DNA from: Kiritimatiellia bacterium | Lineage (GTDB): Bacteria; Verrucomicrobiota; Kiritimatiellia; UBA8416; JABMPJ01 | Length of the DNA: 64,000 nucleotides | Assembly: GCA_030745755.1 (NCBI GenBank) | Contig: JASLOA010000007.1 | Coordinates: 11,974 to 75,973, forward strand | Direction of reading: 5' to 3' | Part shown: positions 9,404 to 19,021 of the stretch, piece after piece | Numbering within the stretch: position 1 is the first letter of the stretch | How the letters are laid out: the number at the start of each line of letters is the position of its first letter | Position numbers and translations under genes: made by a program | The notes under the pieces: model-generated | What the model was told of the DNA's origin: nothing | Seen by the model: only the letters and a program-made list of their open reading frames with translations | Database searches by the model: none

Positions 9404-11911
9404 GTGATGCAGACAGACGTACTTGAAACAGTCGTGCCTAAGCGCGGTACCCCCGAACGGGCACCCCAGTCGCAGGGCAATTTCTATGGCGGCGAGGATA
9501 GGCTGACGCAGGAGCGCGCCGGTGATGCCGATCCGCAGGCACCGGGGATGAATGCCCGGATTCAGCGCTTGCGGCAGAAGAGTTTCGAAGCGGAGCCTTC
9601 GCTGGCGATCGAGCGGGCGCTGCACCAGACGGCTTTCTACAAGCTCCACCATGGCAAGTACTCGGTGCCGGTGATGCGGGCGATGACCTTTCTGGATCAT
9701 TGCCGGAAGAAGACCCTCTATTTCGATGCCGATGAACTGATTGTGGGCGAGCGTGGTCCGGCCCCCAAGGCGGTGCCGACCTTTCCCGAGCTGACCTGTC
9801 ACAGCGTGAAGGATTTTGACGTCCTCAATCACCGCGAGAAGCAGCCCTACAGCATCAGCCAGGCGGACATCGACACCTATGCGCGCGAGGTGATCCCCTA
9901 CTGGAAGGGACGGACCCAGCGCGAGCGAATCTTCGCCCACGTCCCCGATGAGTGGCGCGCGGCCTACGAGGCCGGTTGCTTCACCGAGTTCATGGAGCAG
10001 CGCGCACCGGGACACACCGTGCTCGACGGCAAGCTCTACCGCAAGGGGATGCTGGACTACAAGCGCGAGATCGATGCGCACCTGGAGAGTCTGGACTACA
10101 AGCGGGACGTGGAGGCCAACGACAAGGCCGAGGAACTCAAGGCCATGGCGATCTCCTGCGATGCGGCCATTGTGTTTGCCGAACGCCACGCCGCCTTGCT
10201 GGAGCGCAAGGCCGCCGAACAGAGCGACCCCGACAAGGCGGCGGAGTTGCGAGAGGTCGCTGCGATCTGTCGCCGCGTGCCCGCACACGCCCCCCGGACG
10301 TTTCATGAGGCGGTACAGATGTACTGGTTCTGCCACCTGGGGACGATTACGGAACTGAACGGCTGGGACGCGATGAATCCGGGGCATTTCGATCAGCACC
10401 TGACGCCCTTCTACGAGGCGGAAGTGGCCGCCGGCACGCTCACGCGTGACCGGGCGAAGGAAATTCTCTCCTGTCTGTGGATCAAGGTAAACAACCACAC
10501 GGCGCCGCCGAAGGTGGGCATCACCGCCAAGGAGAGCGGCACCTACAACGATTTCACCAACATCAATATCGGGGGGCTGAAACGCGATGGTTCCGACGGC
10601 GTGAGCGAGGTGTCCTATATCATGCTGGAGCTGATAGAGGACATTCATCTGCTGCAGCCGGGTACCTCTGTGCATGTTAGCGCCAAAACACCGGACGCGT
10701 TCCTGCACGCCGCCTGCAAGGTGATCCGGCAGGGACATGGCTACCCCTCCGTATTCAACCCGGACATCTATATCCAGGAGATGCTGCGCTCGGGCAAGTC
10801 GCTGGAGGATGCGCGCGAGGGCGGCTGCAGCGGCTGCATTGAGGTGGGGGCCTTTGGCAAGGAAGCCTTCCTGCTGACCGGCTACCTCAACGTGCCCAAG
10901 ATCGTGGAGGTAACGCTGAACAATGGTATCGATCCGGAGACGGGGAAGCTAGTGGGCATTGAGACGGGCGACCCGCGGTCGTTTGCCGACTACGAAAGCC
11001 TGTACGAGGCATTCCACAAGCAGTTGGCCTATGTGATCGACCTGAAGATTCGTGTCAGCAACTACATCGACACCATGTTCGCAAAGTATGCACCGGCGCC
11101 CTTCTTGTCGGTGCTGATCGATGACTGCATTGCCAAGGGTCGGGACTACTACAACGCCGGCCCCCGCTACAACACCAACTACATCCAGTGCTGCGGCCTG
11201 GGAACAGCCGCCGATAGTCTGCTGGCGCTCAAGAGGCACGTCTTCGATGATGCCCGCTATTCGATGGATGAGGTCCTGGCCGCCGTGGCTGAGAACTTCG
11301 AGGGTGAGGAGGTCATGCGCCAGACCATACTCAACAAGACCCCCTTCTACGGGAACAACCTGGACTATGCCGATCAGGTTGCCGTGAAGCTCTACGACGA
11401 CCTGGTCGATCTCATCGACGGCGAACCTAACATCAAGGAGGGCGGCCAGTACCACTTGAACATGCTCTCGACCACCTGCCACATCTACTTCGGCAAGGTG
11501 ATGGGTGCCACGCCCAACGGCCGCCTGGCACACAAATCCATCTCCGACGGCACCTCGCCATCCCACGGCGCCGACCAGCGCGGACCCTCGGCGGTGGTTC
11601 AGTCGCTGGGAAAACTCGATCAGATCCAATCGGGCGGCACGCTGCTGAACCTGCGATTTCTACCGAGCCTGCTGAAGCGTGACGAGGATATCACGAAGTT
11701 GGGGCACCTGATCCGGAGCTACTTCGTCCAGGGCGGGCATCATGTCCAATTCAACATCGTCGATACCGCGACCTTGCGCGCCGCGCAGCGCACGCCCGAG
11801 GATTACAAGGACCTGTTGGTGCGGATGGCCGGCTACAGCGACTATTTCAATGACATGAACGGCGATCTGCAACAGGAAGTAATCGACCGCACGGAAAACG
11901 AATCCTTCTAG
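9404..11911 (+). CDS. glycyl radical enzyme, trans-4-hydroxy-L-proline dehydratase-like (HypD-like)
   Basis: C-terminal glycyl radical motif RMAGYSDYF and a GCSGC Cys loop. EFMEQRAPGHTV, PPKVGIT and N-terminal AEPSLAIERA resemble HypD as I recall it. Start is uncertain (9404 or the Met at 9548). Confidence 0.8.
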   Translation: MMQTDVLETVVPKRGTPERAPQSQGNFYGGEDRLTQERAGDADPQAPGMNARIQRLRQKSFEAEPSLAIERALHQTAFYKLHHGKYSVPVMRAMTFLDHCRKKTLYFDADELIVGERGPAPKAVPTFPELTCHSVKDFDVLNHREKQPYSISQADIDTYAREVIPYWKGRTQRERIFAHVPDEWRAAYEAGCFTEFMEQRAPGHTVLDGKLYRKGMLDYKREIDAHLESLDYKRDVEANDKAEELKAMAISCDAAIVFAERHAALLERKAAEQSDPDKAAELREVAAICRRVPAHAPRTFHEAVQMYWFCHLGTITELNGWDAMNPGHFDQHLTPFYEAEVAAGTLTRDRAKEILSCLWIKVNNHTAPPKVGITAKESGTYNDFTNINIGGLKRDGSDGVSEVSYIMLELIEDIHLLQPGTSVHVSAKTPDAFLHAACKVIRQGHGYPSVFNPDIYIQEMLRSGKSLEDAREGGCSGCIEVGAFGKEAFLLTGYLNVPKIVEVTLNNGIDPETGKLVGIETGDPRSFADYESLYEAFHKQLAYVIDLKIRVSNYIDTMFAKYAPAPFLSVLIDDCIAKGRDYYNAGPRYNTNYIQCCGLGTAADSLLALKRHVFDDARYSMDEVLAAVAENFEGEEVMRQTILNKTPFYGNNLDYADQVAVKLYDDLVDLIDGEPNIKEGGQYHLNMLSTTCHIYFGKVMGATPNGRLAHKSISDGTSPSHGADQRGPSAVVQSLGKLDQIQSGGTLLNLRFLPSLLKRDEDITKLGHLIRSYFVQGGHHVQFNIVDTATLRAAQRTPEDYKDLLVRMAGYSDYFNDMNGDLQQEVIDRTENESF

Positions 11912-11919
11912 GTGCCACA

Positions 11920-12834
11920 ATGAGTGTTTCCTGCCTCGTGTTTGATACGAAGCGCTACGCCATCAACGATGGTCCCGGCGTCCGCGTGACCATCTTCCTG
12001 AAGGGATGTCCGCTGCGATGCGCCTGGTGCCATAACCCCGAGAGCATCGCCCCGCAGATGGAGAAGATGTACACGCCGGGCAAGTGCATTGGCTGCCTGG
12101 CCTGCATCGAGGCCTGTCCGGAAGACGCGCTGACGATGACGGAGGAGCGTGGTGTGGTCACCGACTTCGAGGCGTGCACGATGTGCGGGCTCTGTGCCGA
12201 GTGCTGTCCGACCGGTGCCATGGAGATGGTCGCCGAGATGACGGATGTGCAGGCGGTGGTCGACGCCGTCCTGGAAGAGCGCGTCATTATCGACCAGTCC
12301 GGAGGGGGCGTGACCTTTTCCGGGGGCGAGCCGTTGATGCATCATCGCTTCCTGATCAAAGCGTTGGAAGCCTGCCGGGCCGAGGGGATTCATTGTACGG
12401 TGGACACATCCGGATTTGCGCCAGGGGAGGTCCTGATGGCGGTGGCCGCGCGGACCGATCACTGGCTCTATGATCTGAAGAGCATGAATCCGGATACCCA
12501 TCTCAGATGGACCGGCGTGCGCAATGAGGTGATCCTGGAGAATCTCACGGCGCTGGCCGAGTCCGGGGCCTCGATCAATATTCGGATCCCTCTGATCGAA
12601 GGGGTCAATGCAGACGACGAGAACATGCGGACGACGGCGGCGTTTGTAAAGGGACTGGCGGGGGAGCCCAAGCAGGTGAATCTGCTGCCCTACCACAAGA
12701 TCGCGGAGAGCAAGTACGCCAAGCTGGGTCGGACGATCGAGCTGGAGGGGATGGCGGAGCCCTCGGAGGAGCGGCTGGCAGAGATTGCCGCCATGTTCAG
12801 CGCAAGCGGTCTCGACGCCACAGTGGGTGGTTGA
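11920..12834 (+). CDS. glycyl-radical enzyme activating enzyme (radical SAM)
   Basis: CPLRCAWCHNPE (Cx3Cx2C) plus two ferredoxin-type clusters, CIGCLACIEACP and CTMCGLCAECCP. Lies immediately downstream of the GRE. Confidence 0.85.
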   Translation: MSVSCLVFDTKRYAINDGPGVRVTIFLKGCPLRCAWCHNPESIAPQMEKMYTPGKCIGCLACIEACPEDALTMTEERGVVTDFEACTMCGLCAECCPTGAMEMVAEMTDVQAVVDAVLEERVIIDQSGGGVTFSGGEPLMHHRFLIKALEACRAEGIHCTVDTSGFAPGEVLMAVAARTDHWLYDLKSMNPDTHLRWTGVRNEVILENLTALAESGASINIRIPLIEGVNADDENMRTTAAFVKGLAGEPKQVNLLPYHKIAESKYAKLGRTIELEGMAEPSEERLAEIAAMFSASGLDATVGG

Positions 12835-12848
12835 GGTAACGCCTGGAG

Positions 12849-13073
12849 GTGCACATGACCATTGAATATGTTCTGCACACGGGGGAGACGGTCGATGAGA
12901 CCGGGGCGACGGTGTGGATCGACGGCGACCAGTTGGCCCGCCTCTACGGCGTCGCGATCAGCCGATGCCTGATCCTCAATCCAGACCACAGTCCGGAGCT
13001 GGAAGCACTGATCCCGCCTGACGCCACGCACCTGCACATCCAAAAGGATGGCAAGTATCCGCAGTGCTTCTAG
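12849..13073 (+). CDS. small hypothetical protein (74 aa) downstream of the activase
   Basis: Strong RBS GGAGGTG 8 nt before the ATG. Composition looks coding, but no recognisable motif. Confidence 0.35.
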   Translation: MHMTIEYVLHTGETVDETGATVWIDGDQLARLYGVAISRCLILNPDHSPELEALIPPDATHLHIQKDGKYPQCF

Positions 13074-13076
13074 GCT

Positions 13077-13808
13077 TCACACTGCCGTCTTGCGAAAGAC
13101 GCCTGGGGTGAGTCCGGTGGTGGCCTTGAACTGGCGCGTGAAGGCGCTTTGGTCGCAGAAGCCGCACCGCACCGCGATGTCGGCAATGGACGTTGCTTCC
13201 TCGCGAAGCATGTCGCGGGCGGCGTCGATGCGTGTATGCATGATGAACTGTCCAGCCGTAAGGCGGAAGATGCGTTTCATACGCTGCTCCAGCTTATACG
13301 GTGAGATCGAGGCCATGTCCGCCAGGTCTTCCACTCGCAGGGGGGTGTCGTAGCGGGTACGGATGTGGTCGATGACGGCCGACATCTCCGGGAAGTTCTC
13401 ACCGCGCCCCTTGGGTACATGCAGGTCCCGCGAGAACCCGGTCATACCCACGACCGCTCCTGTGATCCCGAAGATCGGGGTCTTGTGGGTCAGGCACCAA
13501 CCGGGCACGCCCTGGGCGTAGAGTTGGAGCTCCAGCTTGTCCTTGATTGGCTTGCCGGACTCGAGTACGTGCCGGTCCTGCGCGAGGTACTCTATGCCGA
13601 ACGGGGGTGGGTAGACCTCGGCCGCGGTCTTTCCAATGACGTCGGATTTCGAGGTAAATCCACAACGTGCTGCCACAGTGCGATTGATCAGGACGTAGCG
13701 CCCCTGTTTATCTTTGACGAAGAAGACGATATCCTCAACGTCATCAAACAGTGCCTCCATGACAGCCAGGGCGTCAAGTCGACTGCTAAGTTCGGGGGTC
13801 ATATCCAT
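13077..13808 (-). CDS. PAS domain plus AraC-family HTH transcriptional regulator
   Basis: N-terminal PAS-like fold (IVFFVKDKQGRYVLINR) and a C-terminal AraC HTH (IADIAVRCGFCDQSAFTRQFK). Confidence 0.75.
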   Translation of the reverse strand: MDMTPELSSRLDALAVMEALFDDVEDIVFFVKDKQGRYVLINRTVAARCGFTSKSDVIGKTAAEVYPPPFGIEYLAQDRHVLESGKPIKDKLELQLYAQGVPGWCLTHKTPIFGITGAVVGMTGFSRDLHVPKGRGENFPEMSAVIDHIRTRYDTPLRVEDLADMASISPYKLEQRMKRIFRLTAGQFIMHTRIDAARDMLREEATSIADIAVRCGFCDQSAFTRQFKATTGLTPGVFRKTAV

Positions 13809-13963
13809 TCGCTCTTTCTATCGCATTCATCCACGAACCTCAACTCTGTTAAAAAACTCAAGTAAACACTGAAATGTAGTCCTATCGCATCGCGGTCTCA
13901 CGCGGCTATTCTCAGAGCACTGAACCTTGACGGTTAACCGCAATACGCTACCAGGGAGACGAT

Positions 13964-15592
13964 ATGCAGAATACGGTCAGTAACATTCCCATGCCGGACA
14001 ATGAACCCGTTCTCAGCTATGCACCGGGAACGCCGGAGCGCGCCCTGCTGGACCAGGCGTTGCAGGACATCAGTGCGCAGCAGGTAGAGATTCCGATTGT
14101 TATCGGTGGCCGCCGTATCACCACCGGCAAAACCGGCACATGCATTGAGCCGCACAACCACGCGAGCGTGCTGGCGACCTACCACAAGGCGGGTACCGCC
14201 GAAGTCGCGATGGCCATCCAAGCCAGCCAGGACGGCAAGGCTGAATGGGAAGCGCTGCCGGCGAAGGCACGTGCTTCGGTTTTTCTGAAAGCGGCCGAGT
14301 TGCTCCGTACGAAGTACCGCTACCGCCTGAATGCGGTGACGATGTTGACGCAGAGCAAGAACGCCTTCCAGGCGGAGATTGACAGCGCCTGTGAACTGAT
14401 CGATTTCTGGCGGTTCAATGCCTATTACATGCAGGAGCTCTACGGACAACAGCCTGACTACAGTCCGGTCGGGATGCTGAACTATGTCGAGCATCGTCCG
14501 CTTGAGGGTTTTGTATTTGCCGTCTCCCCGTTCAACTTCACGTCGATCGCGGGCAATCTCCCCACAGCCCCGGCCCTGATGGGCAACACGGTGCTGTGGA
14601 AGCCTTCGCGCAACGGGGTCTACTCCTCCTACATCATCATGCAGATTCTCGAGGAGGCAGGCCTGCCGCCAGGCGTCATCAACTTCGTGCCCGGAGACTC
14701 GGGCGACATCGGCGATCCCGTCTTCGAGTCTGAGCATTTTGCCGGCATTCATTTCACAGGCAGCACCTCCGTATTTCAGAAGATGTGGAAGCAGATCGGG
14801 GACAACATCGGGCGCTACCATGCCTATCCCCGGATCGTGGGTGAAACCGGCGGCAAGGACTTCGTCTTTGCGCATCCCTCTGCCGATGTCGAGGCGCTGG
14901 TGGTTGCCCTCGTGCGGGGTGCCTTCGAGTACCAGGGGCAGAAGTGCTCTGCCGCGTCGCGCGCCTATGTCCCGGCCAGCCTCTGGCCGGCGGTGAAGCA
15001 GGGGCTGATCGAGACGCTGAGCACGGTCAAGATGGGCCCCGTGCAGGACTACACCAACTTCGTGAATGCCGTAATCGATCAAGGCAGCTTCGATAAGTGC
15101 AAGCGCTACATCGATACGGCGCGCGAGGCCGACGATGCCGAGATGGTTTGCGGGGGAGACTGCGACGACAGCGTCGGCTACTTTGTTCAGCCCACGGTGA
15201 TCCATGCACAGGATCCCCACTATGCCTCCATGCTGGACGAGATCTTTGGCCCGATCCTGAGCATCTATGTCTATGAGGATGCCGAACTGGAGGCGACGCT
15301 GGAGCTCTGCAACACGAGTTCAATGTATGCCCTGACCGGGGCGGTATTCGCCAGGGACCGCCGCGTGATTCAGCACATGTTCGATGCACTGCGTCATGCC
15401 GCCGGCAACTTCTATATCAATGACAAGCCCACCGGTGCGGTGGTCGGGCAGCAGCCCTTTGGTGGCGGCCGTGGCTCAGGCACCAACGACAAGGCCGGCT
15501 CGATTCTGAACCTGCAGCGCTGGGTGTCACCGCGCACGGTCAAAGAGACCTTCAATCCGCCGACCGACTATCGCTATCCGTTTATGGGGTAG
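13964..15592 (+). CDS. L-glutamate gamma-semialdehyde (1-pyrroline-5-carboxylate) dehydrogenase
   Basis: 542 aa aldehyde dehydrogenase superfamily with the catalytic Cys in EYQGQKCSA and a FTGST NAD-binding region. Overall resembles RocA/PutA-C-type P5CDH. Confidence 0.8.
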   Translation: MQNTVSNIPMPDNEPVLSYAPGTPERALLDQALQDISAQQVEIPIVIGGRRITTGKTGTCIEPHNHASVLATYHKAGTAEVAMAIQASQDGKAEWEALPAKARASVFLKAAELLRTKYRYRLNAVTMLTQSKNAFQAEIDSACELIDFWRFNAYYMQELYGQQPDYSPVGMLNYVEHRPLEGFVFAVSPFNFTSIAGNLPTAPALMGNTVLWKPSRNGVYSSYIIMQILEEAGLPPGVINFVPGDSGDIGDPVFESEHFAGIHFTGSTSVFQKMWKQIGDNIGRYHAYPRIVGETGGKDFVFAHPSADVEALVVALVRGAFEYQGQKCSAASRAYVPASLWPAVKQGLIETLSTVKMGPVQDYTNFVNAVIDQGSFDKCKRYIDTAREADDAEMVCGGDCDDSVGYFVQPTVIHAQDPHYASMLDEIFGPILSIYVYEDAELEATLELCNTSSMYALTGAVFARDRRVIQHMFDALRHAAGNFYINDKPTGAVVGQQPFGGGRGSGTNDKAGSILNLQRWVSPRTVKETFNPPTDYRYPFMG

Positions 15593-15699
15593 AGACGGGG
15601 GTAAGAAGAACAATATAGGATGTTTGTGTACATGACCGCGAAGGTCGACTGTACTGTCGCCGGACCGGGCCGGTGGACTCAGGCAAAGAGGAGAGCGCA

Positions 15700-16941
15700 A
15701 TGGGTGCACAGATTGGTGAGTTGACGTTTCTGGAGGTGTTGGCGTCGCGGTTCAAGATTCCGGCGCCGGACTTTGTGGTAGAGCCTGTGCGGCAGTCCGA
15801 CGTAAAGCGCAAGCTGGCGGACTGGGGCAGCGGCATCGTCAAACCGGATGTCCTGGCAGGCAAGCGGGGCAAGGCCGGCACGGTGCGCCAGGTCGATGAC
15901 TACCACGAGGCCGTGAAGCTCCTCAAGCGGGTTGCGGCCAAGGTGGTCTCAGGCCAGCAGCCCCGGACGGCTTACATGGTCCAGACGGTCCCGGCCGACC
16001 TGGAGGTGTTCTCGGCCATTACTTACAATTCCCGCTATCTCGCGCCGTCCCTCACCGTCTCCACGAAGGGCGGGGTCGATATTGAATCGGTGGATGAGGC
16101 GGACAAGGTCACCGTACCCCTGAACGTGTTTCGCGGGCTCAATGCCTACCAGGCGTCGGAGGCGCTGGTGAAGGCGGGGTTACCGGAGGGCAAGCTCAAC
16201 TCAAAGCTGGCGCTCTGTCTCGTGAAGCAGTGGGACATGTTCAGCGCGACGGGCATGCAGAGCTGCGAGATCAACCCCTGGCGCGTGACAGAAGCCGGCG
16301 CGGTGTGCGCCTGCGACTTCAAGGCCACGTTCGATGAGAACAATATCAAGTTCCGGGATCTGGGCTTTGAGTTGCCCGAGTATCCGACCATGGTGGATGC
16401 GTTCGAGGAGGAAATGAACGCCTGGGCGGCATCCAGTCACCAGGGCCAGGCTCACGTGGCTGACCTGGGCGGCAAACTCATTCTCCCCATGCTGTTTGGC
16501 GGCGGGGCGAGTACGATTGTGATCGAGACCTTGGCACAGGCCGGGGGCGACCCCATGTTTCTCTCCGACTTTGGCGGCAATCCGCCGTATGAGCGCATGA
16601 AGAAAACCGCGGAGATCTGCCTGCGACACAAGCTGGCCGATGCCTCCCTGCTCTTGATCCTGGGTGGCAAAGCCAACAACACGCAGATCGATATAACGTT
16701 TGCCGCGATTGCCGACGCCCTGCAGGAGTGGGTCGATGACAATGGTCCGCATCCGATCCCTGTAGTGATCGGCCGCGGTGGCCCCGGGCTGGTGCAGGGG
16801 TTCGCGGTGATGAAGAAGACGCTTGAGAATCTAGGAATGCCGTATGTGTTCTTTGGGCCGGACACGCCGATTACGCTGGTGGCTTCCTATGCGGCCCGAC
16901 TGGCAAAGCAGTGTGCCAAGGCCAACGGAGGTGCGAAATGA
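15700..16941 (+). CDS. ATP-grasp succinyl-CoA-synthetase-beta-like subunit (ATP-citrate lyase AclB-like)
   Basis: ATP-grasp fold followed by a ligase-CoA domain. Paired with the next gene through an ATGA overlap. ATG at 15700 has RBS AGGAGAG. Confidence 0.65.
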   Translation: MGAQIGELTFLEVLASRFKIPAPDFVVEPVRQSDVKRKLADWGSGIVKPDVLAGKRGKAGTVRQVDDYHEAVKLLKRVAAKVVSGQQPRTAYMVQTVPADLEVFSAITYNSRYLAPSLTVSTKGGVDIESVDEADKVTVPLNVFRGLNAYQASEALVKAGLPEGKLNSKLALCLVKQWDMFSATGMQSCEINPWRVTEAGAVCACDFKATFDENNIKFRDLGFELPEYPTMVDAFEEEMNAWAASSHQGQAHVADLGGKLILPMLFGGGASTIVIETLAQAGGDPMFLSDFGGNPPYERMKKTAEICLRHKLADASLLLILGGKANNTQIDITFAAIADALQEWVDDNGPHPIPVVIGRGGPGLVQGFAVMKKTLENLGMPYVFFGPDTPITLVASYAARLAKQCAKANGGAK

Positions 16942-19013
16942 TTGCCAGATCGCTGAGTGGGCTGTTGAAGAAGGGCGACCGGGTGGCGGTGTCGAACATC
17001 ACCGGCCGCGAGGCCTCCAAGGTGAGTACGATTTCGCAGCAGTACTGCGGCAACGTCGTGGCCGGTTGGGCGCTGGGCAAGTCGGGGAAGTGGGTCGAGG
17101 TCCCGGGCGAAACGTCGATCCCCGTATTCGGCCAGTTCGACGAGATGCTCACGCAACTTCCGGAGAATCGCTGGCCGACGAAGATCATCGTCTATTCACC
17201 GCCCGACGCGGTGTATGGCGACGTCAAGGAGGCCCTCGAGAATAACCGGGGCAGCGTCAGGACGGTGTTTGTAATCACCGAGAATGTCTCCATCGAGGTC
17301 ACGTCCAAGTTGCGACGGTTGGCGGACACCGAGGGCGTCGACATCCTGGGCTGCAACACGCTCGGCGTGATCAACGTGCACGACAAGGTGCGTGTGGGTG
17401 CGGTGGGCGGCGACTCGCCGAATGAAACGTTCAGGAAGGGCAGCGCCTGTGTCATCTCCAACTCGGGCAACATGGTCAACACGGTTGCGTCCTACCTGCA
17501 GTCGGCGGGACTGGGTGTCTCCTACGGGATTTCGACGGGTAAAGATGTCAACATCCTGACGCCTTTGAAGGATCTGCTGGCACTGGCGATGCGCGACAAA
17601 CGCACCAGCATGATCGTGCTGTACGTGGAGCCTGGCGGCGTGTACGAGGCCGAAGCCATTGAGGCGATCAAGGGGCGGCGCAGCCCCAAACCGATCCTGG
17701 TCTACGTGGCCGGGGAGTTTGCCGAGAGCATCGACGTCTCGCTGGGCCATGCCGGTGCCGTTGTGGATGGGGCAGGCACATCGGCATCGGGCAAGAAAGC
17801 GCTCTTTGACGATTACTTTGGTGTGCCTGTATTCGACTTCTATGAGCGACGCAAGGCACCCAAACTGCTGGCGGAACATCGTCGCGGCATCCGCGTCAAC
17901 GCCCTGCACGATCTGGTTCCCGCCGCGACCGCACTGATGTCCGCGCTCAAGATCAAACGTGATTTCGCCCCGCTACGCCCGTTGGCCCTGCGGCCCTGGT
18001 TTGTCGAGCTCGGCCCGCTGGCGAAGGTGTTGCCACGTGATCTGGTTCCCTACGTGGCGCCGATTCCGGAGCCGTACGCCAAACTGGTCAAGCACTATGT
18101 GACCTCCAGCATCGGGCGCGTGCCGAGTCGACAGCCGATGCGGGGTGTCTCGCATGCGTCGTCCAACGACGGGGCCACCCCCCGTATCTACGGGCGCTCG
18201 CTTATCGGCCTTATGAAGACCGGCTCGTTTGCCGACACGGTGTTGCTGTACTGGCTCGGGCAACCCGTCAAACACACCTTCGAGGCGCGCCTGTTTGACA
18301 TGTGTCTGATGGCCGCCTTGACGAACGGACCGGGAACCATATCGGCCCAGGGCGCAAAGCTTTCCGCCTCGGCAGGGAACGGTCCCAACACGGCAATGAT
18401 GGCCACGCTGGGCAGTATCGGGACGGTACATGGCGGCAATGGCTCGAAGGCGGCCCGCGTGTTGATCAATGTGTTCCGCGATACGGATCTGGTCGACCCG
18501 TATGACCGCGCGGCGGCTCCGGACCTCGACGCACTGGTGCTGACGTTTGTCAAGGCGTTCAAACAGCGCAAGAAGCTGGCCAAGGAGGCCGGCGTCGCCT
18601 ATGAGAAAGTGCCCTGCCTGGGCCATCCAGTCTTCAACACCGAGGCGATCAACTATGACCCGCGTGAACGCGTGATCGACGCGGTCATGGGCGAGGAGAA
18701 GCTCTATAACGTCTTCCTCGACTTCTATCACCGCCTCTCGCGCGGCATGATGGAGCAATGTGCCACGAGCAAGGTGCATGCCGTCAACGTGGATGCCGCG
18801 CTGACCTGTGTGTTGATGGGCATCGCCTGGCCCTTGCTGGTCGACAAGAAGATCACGGTCGAACGCGCGGTCGATCTACCGTTCCTGGCCTTCGCCCTGG
18901 GTCGCGTTGCGGGCGGGGCCGGGGAGTATCTGGATCACCGCGACAGCGGAACGGCAATGGATATGCGTGTCCCGGTCAGCGAATGCCGCTTCCTCGGTCG
19001 CGATCAGGATTGA
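16938..19013 (+). CDS. SCS-alpha-like plus citrate-synthase-like fusion (ATP-citrate lyase AclA-like)
   Basis: CoA-binding and phospho-His region (SLGHAGAVV), and a C-terminal citrate-synthase-family domain with LGHPVFNTEAINYDPRE. Confidence 0.7.
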   Translation: MIARSLSGLLKKGDRVAVSNITGREASKVSTISQQYCGNVVAGWALGKSGKWVEVPGETSIPVFGQFDEMLTQLPENRWPTKIIVYSPPDAVYGDVKEALENNRGSVRTVFVITENVSIEVTSKLRRLADTEGVDILGCNTLGVINVHDKVRVGAVGGDSPNETFRKGSACVISNSGNMVNTVASYLQSAGLGVSYGISTGKDVNILTPLKDLLALAMRDKRTSMIVLYVEPGGVYEAEAIEAIKGRRSPKPILVYVAGEFAESIDVSLGHAGAVVDGAGTSASGKKALFDDYFGVPVFDFYERRKAPKLLAEHRRGIRVNALHDLVPAATALMSALKIKRDFAPLRPLALRPWFVELGPLAKVLPRDLVPYVAPIPEPYAKLVKHYVTSSIGRVPSRQPMRGVSHASSNDGATPRIYGRSLIGLMKTGSFADTVLLYWLGQPVKHTFEARLFDMCLMAALTNGPGTISAQGAKLSASAGNGPNTAMMATLGSIGTVHGGNGSKAARVLINVFRDTDLVDPYDRAAAPDLDALVLTFVKAFKQRKKLAKEAGVAYEKVPCLGHPVFNTEAINYDPRERVIDAVMGEEKLYNVFLDFYHRLSRGMMEQCATSKVHAVNVDAALTCVLMGIAWPLLVDKKITVERAVDLPFLAFALGRVAGGAGEYLDHRDSGTAMDMRVPVSECRFLGRDQD

Positions 19014-19021
19014 GCACGTCT

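Noticed and set aside
9368-10738. 456-aa ORF antisense to the glycyl radical enzyme gene
   Set aside because: Lies inside a gene with clear GRE motifs on the opposite strand. No RBS or motif support.
13934-15220. 428-aa ORF antisense to the P5C dehydrogenase gene
   Set aside because: Same reasoning: GC-rich antisense frame within a well-supported CDS.
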